Notes: generated by a model not told the origin, from the sequence alone. 43,903 nt of DNA from an uncultured Rhodospirillaceae bacterium (GCA_913041095.1 CAJWIB010000001.1:1-43903); one strand, 5' to 3'. Shown: positions 18,243 to 28,890, counted from the first letter of the stretch. Numbers and translations: made by a program.

Positions 18243-18713
18243 TTAACGCCGTACTTCGCCAAGCAGATTTTCAGGCGGTATTACCTGGCTATGGTAAGCT
18301 TCAAGCTCAGCCCTTAGGTGATCCGAGAACGGAGTTGGGCGTCCGGTTTCCATGCTGATCAGAACTTGAACTGAATGGGCACGCAGGCGGACTTCTCTTT
18401 CAACGGTACCGAGAAACCTAAGCTCAAAAGAAGAGGTGCCGAATTTTTCCAGAACGATTGCCATTTCTATCGATTCCCCCAAACGGCAGGGTTTCACAAA
18501 TTGGCAGTCAAGTTGCGCAGTGGGTTGGCCAATTCCTTGGACCAGGATCATGTCAGCAAAATTTGTGTCGAGCCGTTTGGTGAACCAATCTTCGACAACG
18601 GCTTGAAACATTTCAAAATAACGCGGGAAAAAAACATATCCGGCCGGGTCCGTATGGGTGAACCTGATGGGTCTCTTGATTGAAAATGGTTTGGTTGGGT
18701 CGATATCATTCAT
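18243..18713 (-). CDS. Acyl-CoA thioesterase, hotdog fold (4HBT/YbgC-like)
   Basis: 156 aa. IRFTHTDPAGYVFFPRYFEMFQAVVEDWF matches the 4-hydroxybenzoyl-CoA thioesterase-type N-terminal catalytic region. Confidence 0.75.
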   Translation of the reverse strand: MNDIDPTKPFSIKRPIRFTHTDPAGYVFFPRYFEMFQAVVEDWFTKRLDTNFADMILVQGIGQPTAQLDCQFVKPCRLGESIEMAIVLEKFGTSSFELRFLGTVEREVRLRAHSVQVLISMETGRPTPFSDHLRAELEAYHSQVIPPENLLGEVRR

Positions 18714-18795
18714 TCTTTAATCCTACACTAGTGCCGCGAATTGATTTTATGTTCTCAAGTATTGCGACTTTTTTGCATGTCCCTAGGTTATTGAC

Positions 18796-19590
18796 CTATT
18801 CGGAAACACCGTGCTGGTCAATAAAATTGGTTATCGCCTTGATCGTTGCAGCTGGTTGATCCAAATGCGCTGAGTGTTTGGCACCTTCGATTATAACTGT
18901 TTCGGTTAGGCAATTTAAGCCGGCTTCAATCGCATTAACTTGAGCAATCGAGCCATATTGATCATCAGCCCCCTGCATAACGAGTGAGGGAACGTCGATG
19001 CCGGGTAAAAACTCTTCGATATTCCAATGCCAGAAATCCGCATGGAGCCAAATGTCATTCCAGCCGCGAAAAGCGCAGTCGACATTGTCACCATGATATT
19101 TGGTGAGGCCTTGCCGCAAATCTGTTGTTTCATAGGCAATCTTGGCCTTGGCGATACTATTCACGGTGACTTCTTCATTAAAAATATGGGCGGCTATTAA
19201 GATGATAGCTTTAACCCGCGGGTCTTTAACCGCGCCGGCATGAATAATCGCAATCGAACCGCCGTTGCTATGACCGATCAAAATGGTCGAAGAGATACCC
19301 GCCGCATCAAGCACCGGAGACACCACGTTCAATCCTTCATGGTGCATATACTCTACCGGTCGCGGCAGCGGGATCGGATCGGAGGCGCCATAGCCTTGGC
19401 GGCTATAAACAAAACCATTCAGTCCTACTTCCTGGCAGAGTTTTTCCGGAAAATCGCGCCACATCGCAACACAGCCCAATCCTTCATGCAGAAAAACCAA
19501 AACAGGCTTCTCAGGACCGGCGCCAGCATCAAGTTGTAGACATTCCAGTTTAACGTTGTTGACGTTAATAAATTGCGGATCAACCGTCAT
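18796..19590 (-). CDS. Alpha/beta hydrolase
   Basis: 264 aa. It has VLVFLHEGLG (oxyanion region), the GHSNGGS nucleophile elbow and a C-terminal GAKHSAHLDQP (catalytic His region). Confidence 0.8.
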   Translation of the reverse strand: MTVDPQFINVNNVKLECLQLDAGAGPEKPVLVFLHEGLGCVAMWRDFPEKLCQEVGLNGFVYSRQGYGASDPIPLPRPVEYMHHEGLNVVSPVLDAAGISSTILIGHSNGGSIAIIHAGAVKDPRVKAIILIAAHIFNEEVTVNSIAKAKIAYETTDLRQGLTKYHGDNVDCAFRGWNDIWLHADFWHWNIEEFLPGIDVPSLVMQGADDQYGSIAQVNAIEAGLNCLTETVIIEGAKHSAHLDQPAATIKAITNFIDQHGVSE

Positions 19591-19596
19591 TAAATG

Positions 19597-20580
19597 TTAG
19601 AGGCCAAACATCTTTATCGCATTGCCGCCTTTAATTGCTTTCGCTTCATCAGCCGGGCGAGTGGCGATCAAATCATAGAGCTTTGGTATGTCGCAGGGCA
19701 TCGGGAAGTCGGTGCCGAACAACACTTTTTCAGGTCCGGCGATATCAATGCAGAGGCTTAGTGCACCTGGATCATAGAGCACGGCATCATAATAAATACA
19801 GCTGAAATATTCGCTCGGCAGTTTGTCAATTTTCATCTTCACCAGGGTTTCGACTTTGAAGAACATATCGACCCGGCCATTGACGTAAGGAATGTAGCCG
19901 CCGCCATGCGAAGCAATTACCTTTAAATCCTGAAAACGTTCGAAGAATCCGTCGACCGCCATACGCGCGATGCCAATCGTGGTATCAAACATAAAGCCTA
20001 CTCCAGGCATCAAAATACGCTCGATACCAAACTCAGCTTCCTTGGCGCCAAAGGGGGCTGTCGGATGAACCAGTACGGGCAGTGCGTGTTTGTTTATCTC
20101 AGCCCATACCGGCTTGAACAACGGATCAATCAGATGCTTGCCGTTGATGCTGGCAGTGACCATAACGCCAACCGCACCTTTCTCAAGAGCCCGGTTCAAT
20201 TCGGCGATAGCTTTATCCGGATATTCGAATGGTAGGGAGGCAAACCAGCGAATGCGATCCGGATAGGCTATCTGGCCCGCCACCATCTCATCATTTGCCA
20301 GCTGGGCGGTCTTGGCGCTAACTTCTTCGCCGCCCCAATAAACATTGGGCGAAGTTAATGAAACAATTGAAACGTCGATACCGTGTTCATTCATGGCGAC
20401 GATGCGCGCGTCATAGTCGAAGGCTTCCTTTTCCAAGGCGCAGGCAGTCGCCCCTTTTTCCACCAGATAGTCGCGGCCATCCTCCATCGTGCCGGTGCTG
20501 TAGGTCGGGCCGCCATGTTTGTGCAGCATGTCGAGCCAGGAATTGCCAAACATGTGGGTGTGAATGTCGACGACGGTCAT
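19597..20580 (-). CDS. Amidohydrolase-2 family protein (ACMSD / non-oxidative aromatic-acid decarboxylase-like)
   Basis: 327 aa. It has an N-terminal VDIHTHM (HxH metal site), HPT.., SHGGG and FGTDFP (Asp), typical of the PF04909-type amidohydrolase/decarboxylase family. It lies 6 nt upstream of the hydrolase gene. Confidence 0.75.
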   Translation of the reverse strand: MTVVDIHTHMFGNSWLDMLHKHGGPTYSTGTMEDGRDYLVEKGATACALEKEAFDYDARIVAMNEHGIDVSIVSLTSPNVYWGGEEVSAKTAQLANDEMVAGQIAYPDRIRWFASLPFEYPDKAIAELNRALEKGAVGVMVTASINGKHLIDPLFKPVWAEINKHALPVLVHPTAPFGAKEAEFGIERILMPGVGFMFDTTIGIARMAVDGFFERFQDLKVIASHGGGYIPYVNGRVDMFFKVETLVKMKIDKLPSEYFSCIYYDAVLYDPGALSLCIDIAGPEKVLFGTDFPMPCDIPKLYDLIATRPADEAKAIKGGNAIKMFGL

Positions 20581-20708
20581 GTTTCAAGTCCCTTTAAACT
20601 GGTAATAGATTGATGCCGACAAACTAGAATTTAAGAATACTGGATACAACACCAATTTGTGCTAGAATTACAGACCTGTGGCCAGTGTACTAAACTTGGT
20701 TGAAAACC

Positions 20709-21050
20709 ATGGCAAAAAACACCGATTTAAAGAAGATAAAAAAGTGGCTTGAAAGGTTGCGGAAAGAACTTCTTGAGCGCGTCGAGTTAACCGAAGATGA
20801 CCGCAAACCTGTTGAACTTGACCAGTCTCAGGTGGGCCGACTGTCCCGTATGGATGCTATGCAAGTGCAGGAAATGGCCCTCGAACAAGAACGCCGCCGC
20901 GAAATCGAATTGCACAAAATTGACGCCGCTCTTGAACGAATCAAAGCGGGTGAATACGGCTTTTGTACCCATTGCGGTGAAGATATCTCTCCCAAGAGAT
21001 TAGAGTTTGATCCCGCCGCCCCGCTTTGTGTCGATTGCGCCAGCAGTTAG
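20709..21050 (+). CDS. DksA/TraR-family C4 zinc-finger protein
   Basis: It has a coiled-coil region followed by CTHCGEDI-x13-PLCVDC (CxxC-x17-CxxC). I prefer the ATG at 20709 over the TTG at 20700. Confidence 0.8.
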   Translation: MAKNTDLKKIKKWLERLRKELLERVELTEDDRKPVELDQSQVGRLSRMDAMQVQEMALEQERRREIELHKIDAALERIKAGEYGFCTHCGEDISPKRLEFDPAAPLCVDCASS

Positions 21051-21054
21051 CAGC

Positions 21055-22413
21055 CTAATTTTTCCGTGAAATTATCCAGAAGCGAATTGACGCGAGAGAT
21101 AGCGAAACGATGCTGGCGATCAGTATTGCTTCGAAAAGCCCAATCGCACCACGTCCGGCAGGGAGTGACAGATACCAGGCGAGTGGGATCATAATGAACA
21201 GATAAGCGATGACGTGAAGGGCTGCCGGCACCCAAGTTTCGCTACATCCCCGCAAAGCATGGGCCATGACGCTCTGGCCGCCATCAGCAATTAACACCAA
21301 AGCGATGAAGCCAATTAATGGTGCAGCGCGGCTGACCAAATCCAGATTGTCGGTGAACCCCACAGCGATTTGCACATTGAAGGCGAGCAGAATAATGCCG
21401 AGCAGGCTCATCGCAATGACCGTCAGCCCAAGACCGGTCCAGCCGGCATAAACCATGTCACGCCGCTCTCCTCGCCCGTGGGCATTGCCGACACACACTG
21501 CCGTCGCCGAGCCGAGCCCGAGGGCAAACATAAAAGTAAGCGCCAGCGCGTTGAAGGCGATTGAAAAAGCTGCGAGCGGCATCACACCCAACAATCCGGC
21601 AAACAGGCTCATCGAGGAAAAGGCGCCGGATTCGATGGCGCTACTGGCACCGGCACCGAGGCCGATTTGACGCAGTTTTACCCAAGCACTCCAGCCGCCA
21701 CCCAAAATCAAATTGGCGTGCCTGCGGATAGCCAATTCCTCGTGATTTTTGAGGTTCCAAACGTAATATAGAACACAGCCCATCATGATGGCTCGTACGC
21801 ATACAGTTGACCAGGCTGATCCCGCCGCTCCCATTTCCTGTGCGCCGAAATGACCAAAGACCAGAATCCAATTGAGGATGACGTTAAATAAATTACCGAT
21901 TATCATAATATACATGCCGACTTTGGGCCGTTTGAGACCTTCGAGAAAAAAGCCGGTGGCGACAAATATGAGCATTGGCGGCATGCTCCAGCCAATAATG
22001 CCAATAATCTTGCCGCCTCCTTGGGCCAGTTCCTGAGACTGTCCGGTTAGCAGTAAGAACTCTTCACCAAAACTCGATAATACCAAGCCAATCAGCCCAA
22101 GAGCGAAGGCGTAAGTTATCGAGCGGCGCCACACGGCGCCGCATTGTTCAGGTTCCTTAGTCCCGAGGTAGTACGCCGTCATCACCAACGTGCCCGTCAA
22201 CAGGCCAAAGCTGCTCACCATAAGAAACATCATCGGTGCCAGCCCGATACTTTGGTAGGCCAGTTCCGGCGCTGAATAATGGCCAACCATAACTGCATCG
22301 ACGATCATCATCACCATCATGCCGGCGCGCGCCATAATAGTTGGCACCGCGAGGTGAAAAATATCGCGCGCATGACGCTTGATTGTTATCTTAACGGTTT
22401 CGGGTGGTGTCAT
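21055..22413 (-). CDS. MATE family efflux transporter
   Basis: 452 aa, highly hydrophobic with about 12 predicted helices. The N-terminus ..IFHLAVPTIMARAGMMVMMIVD is typical of NorM/MatE proteins. Confidence 0.8.
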   Translation of the reverse strand: MTPPETVKITIKRHARDIFHLAVPTIMARAGMMVMMIVDAVMVGHYSAPELAYQSIGLAPMMFLMVSSFGLLTGTLVMTAYYLGTKEPEQCGAVWRRSITYAFALGLIGLVLSSFGEEFLLLTGQSQELAQGGGKIIGIIGWSMPPMLIFVATGFFLEGLKRPKVGMYIMIIGNLFNVILNWILVFGHFGAQEMGAAGSAWSTVCVRAIMMGCVLYYVWNLKNHEELAIRRHANLILGGGWSAWVKLRQIGLGAGASSAIESGAFSSMSLFAGLLGVMPLAAFSIAFNALALTFMFALGLGSATAVCVGNAHGRGERRDMVYAGWTGLGLTVIAMSLLGIILLAFNVQIAVGFTDNLDLVSRAAPLIGFIALVLIADGGQSVMAHALRGCSETWVPAALHVIAYLFIMIPLAWYLSLPAGRGAIGLFEAILIASIVSLSLASIRFWIISRKN

Positions 22414-22565
22414 AATTGTGTCTGTTCAGTGATGGAGAGGTGCTGATAGCATGAGTCCTCCAATGTTTCCCGCACTATTTTTTTTTGCTTTAAGGTGAAA
22501 TAAATTTCTGGGGAAAAATTTATGTCGGCAGAGATGGAAGCGCATTTTAATAAAATTTTAATTAA

Positions 22566-22943
22566 ATGATAGACGTCACCAAGCGCGAGTAACAACGAGC
22601 TATTCACCATGACGGCGTCGATTAGCCCTTTTTTAAGAACGCCATAAAAACTATGGATAAAATGATCGCCAATGTTGAAGCGTCGCTGGATGAATTCGGT
22701 GGACCGTGGCTGTTGGGAGAGGAATACACGCTGGCCGATGTGGTGGTAACGCCTTAAATGTTGCGGCTCTCGTATTTTTCTTTCGATAGTATGTGGCAAG
22801 ATAGCCGGCCTCGCGTTGCCGAGTGGTGGGAACGAATTTAAGCCCTATCCAATTACCGTGAGGTGATTTCGCCGGACACACCGACAGCAAATCTTGAAAA
22901 ACGCCAAGCCAATGGCGCGAAAGAACGGCCAAGGGTGAAGTAA
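22566..22943 (+). pseudogene. Glutathione S-transferase remnant with multiple in-frame stops
   Basis: A single frame reads MIDVTKRE*QRAIHHDGVD*PFFKNAIKTMDKMIANVEASLDEFGGPWLLGEEYTLADVVVTP*MLRLSYFSFDSMWQDSRPRVAEWWERI*ALSNYREVISP... The C-terminal GST domain pattern (L....wL.G...TlADv...P.l.rl....p.v..W.eri) is clear. Stops are at 22590, 22623, 22755 and 22839. The N-terminal domain is largely deleted. Confidence 0.7.
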
Positions 22944-22959
22944 ATATCAGGCCTGTGAA

Positions 22960-24783
22960 TTAAGCCGATTCTGCCTTGCGGTTTTGCCGTTTGCGCTTGT
23001 GGATGTCGAGATAGCGTTTGCGCAGCCGGACCGATTGCGGCGTAACCTCGACCAGCTCATCATCACCGATATAGGCGATGGCTTTGTCCAGCCCCATTTC
23101 AATCGGCGGCGTTAAATCAACTGCATCATCTTTGCCGGAAGCTCGAATGTTAGTGAGCTGTTTGCCTTTGAGTGGATTAACTTCAAGGTCATTGCCACGG
23201 CTGTGCTCACCGATGATCATGCCGCCATAAACTTTGTCGCCAGCATTGATAAACATCGGCCCACGTTCCTCAAGATTCCACAGCGCATAGGCCACCGCTT
23301 TACCGTCGCCTAAGGAAATGAGTGTGCCATTCCGCCGTTTATCAATCGGTCCCTTATAGGGTGCATAGCCGTGGAACAACCGGTTGATGATGCCGGTGCC
23401 ACGGGTGTCGGTGAGGAATTCACCGTGATAGCCAATAAGTATCCGTGAAGGGACATGGAAAACCAGCCGTTGCTTGCCGCTGCCTGAGGGCCGCATATCG
23501 AGCATTTCGCCTTTGCGGGCGGAGATTTTCTCAACCACGGTGCCGGAAAATTCTTCGTCGACATCAATAACGACTTCTTCAATCGGCTCCAGGCGCTGAC
23601 CGGTTTCCGGGTCTTCCTGATAAACCACGCGGGGACGGCTAATTGACAGTTCAAAACCTTCACGCCGCATGGTTTCAATGAGAACTGCCAGTTGAAGCTC
23701 GCCCCGCCCTGCAACTTCAAAGGCGTTCGAATCAGTAGTAGTCGTAATTTGTAATGCAACATTACCTTCGGCTTCACGCAACAGGCGGTCTAAAATAACC
23801 CGCGAGGTCACTTTATCGCCTTCGGTGCCGGCCAAAGGTGAATCGTTGATTGAAAAAGTTATCGACAAGGTCGGCGGATCAATTGGCTGTGAATCGATTG
23901 CCTGTTCAATTATTGGTGCGCAGATGGTGTCGGCAACTGTTGCTTTGGTCAGTCCAGCAATGGCGACGATATCACCGGCTTCAGCTTCTTCAACAGGGAT
24001 GCGTTCTAAGCCACGGAAAGTGAGCAGTTGAGTGGCGCGGCTATCTTCAACGACTTTGCCATCACGGTTGAGCGCACGAATTGCCATGTTGCGGGAAGCT
24101 TTACCCGATGCAATTTTGCCGGTGAGGATGCGGCCAAGGTAAGGATCATATTCTAAAGTGGTCGCCAGCATGGTGAATTCACCTTCTGCTTCGACGCTTG
24201 GCGCTGGCACATGCCGTAGGATCAGATCAAACAGCGGGTCCATGTTGTCTTTGAGGCCTTCGGGTTCAACCGCAGCCCAGCCTTCTTTGGCGGAAGAATA
24301 AAGATGCGGGAAATCGAGCTGATACTCATCAGCATCAAGGGCTGCAAATAAATCAAATATCTCGTCTAATACCTCGTCGGCGCGCTGATCAGGGCGATCG
24401 ACTTTGTTGATCAGAACCATCGGACGAAGGCCAAGTCCAAGTGCCTTGCCTAATACGAATTTAGTTTGCGGCATCGGACCTTCGGCAGCATCAACAAGAA
24501 CGACAACGCCATCAACCATGCTTAAGATGCGCTCCACCTCGCCACCAAAATCCACGTGACCCGGTGTGTCGATGATGTTGATGCGCGCATCGTTCCGTTC
24601 AACCGACGTACATTTTGCCAGGATCGTGATGCCGCGCTCGCGCTCCAAATCAGTGGAATCCATTGCGCGTTCCTGTACTTGCTGGTTTTCGCGAAAGACG
24701 CCGCTTTGTTTGAGCAGGCAATCCACCAGGGTCGTTTTACCATGATCAACATGGGCGATAATGGCGATGTTGCGTAAATCCAT
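22960..24783 (-). CDS. typA: Translational GTPase TypA/BipA
   Basis: 607 aa. It has [33 protein letters not shown] and NKVDR, with BipA-specific length and C-terminus. Confidence 0.92.
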   Translation of the reverse strand: MDLRNIAIIAHVDHGKTTLVDCLLKQSGVFRENQQVQERAMDSTDLERERGITILAKCTSVERNDARINIIDTPGHVDFGGEVERILSMVDGVVVLVDAAEGPMPQTKFVLGKALGLGLRPMVLINKVDRPDQRADEVLDEIFDLFAALDADEYQLDFPHLYSSAKEGWAAVEPEGLKDNMDPLFDLILRHVPAPSVEAEGEFTMLATTLEYDPYLGRILTGKIASGKASRNMAIRALNRDGKVVEDSRATQLLTFRGLERIPVEEAEAGDIVAIAGLTKATVADTICAPIIEQAIDSQPIDPPTLSITFSINDSPLAGTEGDKVTSRVILDRLLREAEGNVALQITTTTDSNAFEVAGRGELQLAVLIETMRREGFELSISRPRVVYQEDPETGQRLEPIEEVVIDVDEEFSGTVVEKISARKGEMLDMRPSGSGKQRLVFHVPSRILIGYHGEFLTDTRGTGIINRLFHGYAPYKGPIDKRRNGTLISLGDGKAVAYALWNLEERGPMFINAGDKVYGGMIIGEHSRGNDLEVNPLKGKQLTNIRASGKDDAVDLTPPIEMGLDKAIAYIGDDELVEVTPQSVRLRKRYLDIHKRKRQNRKAESA

Positions 24784-25012
24784 CGACTTTACACTTCTCT
24801 CATAAGCAAAAAATTTTCGAAGTTTTGGAAGTGGCCCGGGCTATTAGAATTGTCGCAGAAATTATAACTAATTTCTGAAGTGACGGCTGAATTTTAAAAA
24901 CTGGCTTTTCTATCATAATTACCGTTCCCTAGTGCCGTTTATTTAGGGTATTAAGATACAATAAGTCAGCTAAAAAGGCGACTAAAAGGCGAAATATTAG
25001 GAAGAGAATTTT

Positions 25013-26854
25013 ATGGCCGCCCCAGAAAAAATAATTCCGATGGCTTCACCGGAAGTTGAGGTTGAGAATTTAGGTGATGGCGGTGTCATTCTGCGCTCAC
25101 CTCAGCCAATCGGTGAGTATCCAGATTCGCAAAATGCCTGGCTTGTTGCCTGGGCAGAAGAAACGCCAGATGCCATTTTTGTTGCCGACCGGACTGGACC
25201 TAATGGCGAATGGCGCCGGGTCTCTTACAAAGATTTTCTCACTCAGGTAAAATCGATCGGCCAAGCTTTGCTCAATCGTAATTTGTCGGTTGACCGGCTT
25301 GTTGCCATACTGTCAGATAATGCCGTTGACAATGCTCTGCTGCTGTTTGGCGCAATGCATGTCGGTATTCCAGTGGTGCCAATCTCGCCAGCTTATTCTC
25401 TGATGTCGCAGGACTTTGGCAAACTTAAATATATCATCGGTATGGTATCGCCCGGCCTGGTCTATGTCGCCGATGGTGAAAAGTTTGGCAATGCACTCAA
25501 AGCCATTGACATTGGCGAAGTCGAAATTGTCGTCAGTAAAAATTCGCTGAAAACCGGAAAATCGACACTATTTGGTGATCTGCTCGCCACCGAACCAACA
25601 ACAGATGTAGATCAAGCTTACGCCAAAGTTGGCCCGGACACGATAGCCAAAATACTTTTTACATCCGGTTCAACCGGTCAGCCCAAAGGCGTGATCAATA
25701 CCCAGCGTATGTTGTGCTCCAATCAGCAAGCAATGGCTCAATGCTGGTCATTTGTCAGTGAAAAGCCACCGGTCGTTGTCGATTGGCTGCCGTGGAACCA
25801 TACGTTTGGCGGTAACTTTGTGCTCAATATGACTTTGCGCAATGGCGGGACGATCTATGTCGATGGTGGCAAACCGGCTCCTGGAATAATCGAGCAAACC
25901 GTGGCCAACCTCAAAGATATATCACCGACCATCTATAACAATGTGCCGCGTGGGTTTGATATGCTGCTACCCTATTTAGAGAGTGACGCAGAATTACGAG
26001 AGTCCTTCTTCAAAAATCTTGACATTATTTTTTATGCTGCAGCGGCGTTAACGCAAACTGCCTGGGAGCGTCTCGAAGTGCTTTCGGGAAAAGCCACAGG
26101 TCAGCGGGTGATGATGCTCTCGGGCTGGGGGTCGACAGAGACAGCGCCGGACAATACGATTGTTTATTGGCCGATTAAAAAGGCCGGTGTGATCGGTCTG
26201 CCGATTCCCGGTACCGAGATTAAACTAGTTCCAAACGAAGATAAGCTTGAGGTAAGAGTCCGCGGGCCCAACATTATGCCGGGTTACTGGAAGCAGGAGG
26301 AACTTACTAAGGAAGTTTTTGATGAAGATGGTTTCTATTGTATTGGCGATGCCGCCCGCTACGAAGACCCACTCGATCCTCGCAAAGGAATTGTCTTTGA
26401 CGGCAGAGTTTCCGAAAACTTTAAATTATCGACTGGGACCTGGGTGTCCGTTGGCAATTTGCGAACAACCGTAGTCGCTGCCGCCGATAATGTCATTCAG
26501 GATGCTGTCATCGCTGGTCATGATCGTGACGAAATTGGGATTTTAGTTTTTCCTAACATTGTTGGTTGCCGGGCGCTCTGTCCCGATCTGGCGGAGGAAG
26601 CGCCTCTAGATGAAGTTATTGAGCAGCCGAGCGTGCGGCAGGCTTTGGTTGAAGGATTGCAAAGTCACAATATCAACAATCCGGGTAGTAGCACCCGGAT
26701 AATGCGGGCGCTTATTATGACCGAACCGCCTAACATTGATGCTAATGAAATTACCGATAAAGGTTACATGAACCAGCGTGCGGTTTTGTCCCGGCGTGCT
26801 GGAATGGTGGAAATTTTATTCGCTGACACGGGCGGCAATATCGTTATTGAATAA
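25013..26854 (+). CDS. AMP-dependent acyl-CoA synthetase/ligase, feruloyl-CoA synthase-like
   Basis: 613 aa. It has the AMP-binding motif FTSGSTGQPKGV and GWGSTET. The long N-terminal region and overall length resemble hydroxycinnamate-CoA (Fcs-type) ligases. The substrate is not determinable. Confidence 0.75.
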   Translation: MAAPEKIIPMASPEVEVENLGDGGVILRSPQPIGEYPDSQNAWLVAWAEETPDAIFVADRTGPNGEWRRVSYKDFLTQVKSIGQALLNRNLSVDRLVAILSDNAVDNALLLFGAMHVGIPVVPISPAYSLMSQDFGKLKYIIGMVSPGLVYVADGEKFGNALKAIDIGEVEIVVSKNSLKTGKSTLFGDLLATEPTTDVDQAYAKVGPDTIAKILFTSGSTGQPKGVINTQRMLCSNQQAMAQCWSFVSEKPPVVVDWLPWNHTFGGNFVLNMTLRNGGTIYVDGGKPAPGIIEQTVANLKDISPTIYNNVPRGFDMLLPYLESDAELRESFFKNLDIIFYAAAALTQTAWERLEVLSGKATGQRVMMLSGWGSTETAPDNTIVYWPIKKAGVIGLPIPGTEIKLVPNEDKLEVRVRGPNIMPGYWKQEELTKEVFDEDGFYCIGDAARYEDPLDPRKGIVFDGRVSENFKLSTGTWVSVGNLRTTVVAAADNVIQDAVIAGHDRDEIGILVFPNIVGCRALCPDLAEEAPLDEVIEQPSVRQALVEGLQSHNINNPGSSTRIMRALIMTEPPNIDANEITDKGYMNQRAVLSRRAGMVEILFADTGGNIVIE

Positions 26855-26983
26855 TCAGAATGTCTGGAACGCATTGATTTAACTAAATTAAGTGCCTATT
26901 TAGAACTAACGGAACATTTGTCCTGCCTTCCTATAACTGAAACGTTTTTGATATAAAAGCGAGTTTAGTTATGGGAGGTAATA

Positions 26984-27145
26984 AAGACACGGAAGCGATT
27001 TTCAGAAGAGGATATATTGAGAATATTGCGCCAGATTGAGCTAGAGCTGGCGAGAAGTGTTACAATTGAGACCGCGATCCGAACGATTGGCATCAGTGAT
27101 GCGACAATAATAAACGGAAATTTCGTCGAAATTCATAGTATTTAA
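26984..27145 (+). mobile_element. IS3-family transposase OrfA N-terminal (HTH) remnant
   Basis: Translation is KTRKRFSEEDILRILRQIELELARSVTIETAIRTIGISDATIINGNFVEIHSI*. The pattern KRFSEE.I.RIL...E.G.SV.E..R..GIS.AT is typical of the HTH_Tnp_1 domain. It is truncated after the HTH and has no start codon. Confidence 0.6.
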
Positions 27146-27210
27146 GCAATGTTAGGCAAGTTACCTAAAAGCGCAATGAATAATGTTAGTTTAGAAATAA
27201 TCTAGAAAAT

Positions 27211-28815
27211 TTAGCCAAATTGCTCTTTGGTTTTTAGAAACTGAATAGCCGGAAAATCTTCACTGGCGCGATCCAAATGCCAGGTATTGCGGGCAAGAAA
27301 GACAGGCTCTTTGTCATGGTCATCGGCAATGGTAGTGCTATTTTCATCGATAAATTTTCTAAGCAACTGGGCATCGTTGGCTTTAATCCAACGGGCAGTA
27401 TAAAGCGTTGTTGATTCAAAAATCACTGGAACTTCATATTCGGTGCGAATGCGGTCAGCCATAACGTCGAATTGTAGCGAGCCGACGACACCAACAATCC
27501 AATCGGCGCCAATGCGAGGTTTGAAAACCCGGGCGGCACCTTCTTCTGCCAATTGCTGGAGCGCGCGGCCGAGATGTTTGGCTTTCATCGGGTCTTCTGG
27601 TCGCACGTTTTGTAGCAATTCAGGGGCAAAACTTGGAATACCGGTAAAACGCAGCTCTTCGCCTTCGGTCAGTGCATCACCGATCCGAAGATTGCCGTGA
27701 TTGGGAATACCAATAATATCACCTGCATAGGCTTCCTCGGCGGTTTCCCTGTCCTGGGCGAGAAATAAAACCGGATTATGTAAGTTCAGCATTTTGTTGC
27801 TGCGCACATGTTTAAGCTTCATGCCGCGTTTAAAATGTCCGGACGACAGTCTGAAAAAGGCAATGCGGTCGCGATGTTTGGGGTCCATATTGGCTTGAAT
27901 CTTAAAGACAAAACCGCTGACATTGGATTCTTCCGGATCGATGGTGCGGTCTGTCGTAGGCTGGGGACGCGGCGAGGGGGCATATTTACCGATCCCATTT
28001 AATAGTTCGCGAACACCAAAGTTATTTATCGCACTACCAAAAAATACCGGGCTGAGATGGCCCTCTCGGTATGCTTCAATATCAAATTCCAGGCAAAGAC
28101 CGCGCGCCATCTCGACTTCCTCACGAAGCTTTTCAACGGCGTAATCAGGCAGCAGTTCATCAAGCCTGGGATCATCCAGACCTTCGCACTTTTCGATTTT
28201 TCCTGGATCGTCATTAGTGCCGCCGCTCGCTTTGCCTTTGGGCAAGAGAACGAGCTGATCATTGAGAATGTCGTAGCAGCCGAGAAAATCCCGGCCCATG
28301 CCGATTGGCCAACTGGCCGGCGTTACGTCGAGTGCTAGGGATTGCTCGATCTCATCCAGAATTTCGAACGGATCGCGGCCTTCCCGGTCGAGCTTGTTGA
28401 CAAAGGTTACGATTGGCACATCTCGCAGGCGGCAGACCTCAAAGAGTTTACGGGTTTGCTGCTCGATGCCTTTAGCTGCATCGATCACCATAACAGCCGA
28501 ATCCACGGCCGTTAGTGTGCGGTAGGTATCTTCACTGAAATCCTCATGGCCGGGCGTATCCAGCAAATTAAAGGTGCAGCCATCGTAGTCATAGGTCATC
28601 ACCGATGATGCCACGGAAATGCCGCGCTCACGCTCAACCTTCATCCAATCCGAGTGAGCGCGCCGGTTCTCGCCACGCGCTTTAACCGCACCCGCCATCT
28701 GTATAGCGCCACCGAACAATAGCAACTTTTCGGTCAGTGTGGTTTTGCCGGCATCCGGGTGGGAAATGATCGCAAACGTACGTCGCCGGGATATGAACTC
28801 TTGAAGCTGAGACAT
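27211..28815 (-). CDS. prfC: Peptide chain release factor 3
   Basis: 534 aa. It has RRTFAIISHPDAGKTTLTEKLLLFGGAIQ, DTPGHEDFSEDTYR and NKLDR, characteristic of RF3. Confidence 0.92.
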   Translation of the reverse strand: MSQLQEFISRRRTFAIISHPDAGKTTLTEKLLLFGGAIQMAGAVKARGENRRAHSDWMKVERERGISVASSVMTYDYDGCTFNLLDTPGHEDFSEDTYRTLTAVDSAVMVIDAAKGIEQQTRKLFEVCRLRDVPIVTFVNKLDREGRDPFEILDEIEQSLALDVTPASWPIGMGRDFLGCYDILNDQLVLLPKGKASGGTNDDPGKIEKCEGLDDPRLDELLPDYAVEKLREEVEMARGLCLEFDIEAYREGHLSPVFFGSAINNFGVRELLNGIGKYAPSPRPQPTTDRTIDPEESNVSGFVFKIQANMDPKHRDRIAFFRLSSGHFKRGMKLKHVRSNKMLNLHNPVLFLAQDRETAEEAYAGDIIGIPNHGNLRIGDALTEGEELRFTGIPSFAPELLQNVRPEDPMKAKHLGRALQQLAEEGAARVFKPRIGADWIVGVVGSLQFDVMADRIRTEYEVPVIFESTTLYTARWIKANDAQLLRKFIDENSTTIADDHDKEPVFLARNTWHLDRASEDFPAIQFLKTKEQFG

Positions 28816-28890
28816 TGTGAACGGGTATCAATCTTATTTTTGTTAATGGGCGGCGCAGACATAGCCAGTTTTATCTGTTTTTACCAGAGA

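Noticed and set aside
22410-22932. Minus-strand track ORFs 22410-22799 and 22651-22932
   Set aside because: They lie antisense to a recognisable plus-strand GST remnant and in AT-rich non-coding DNA. They have no family resemblance or RBS.
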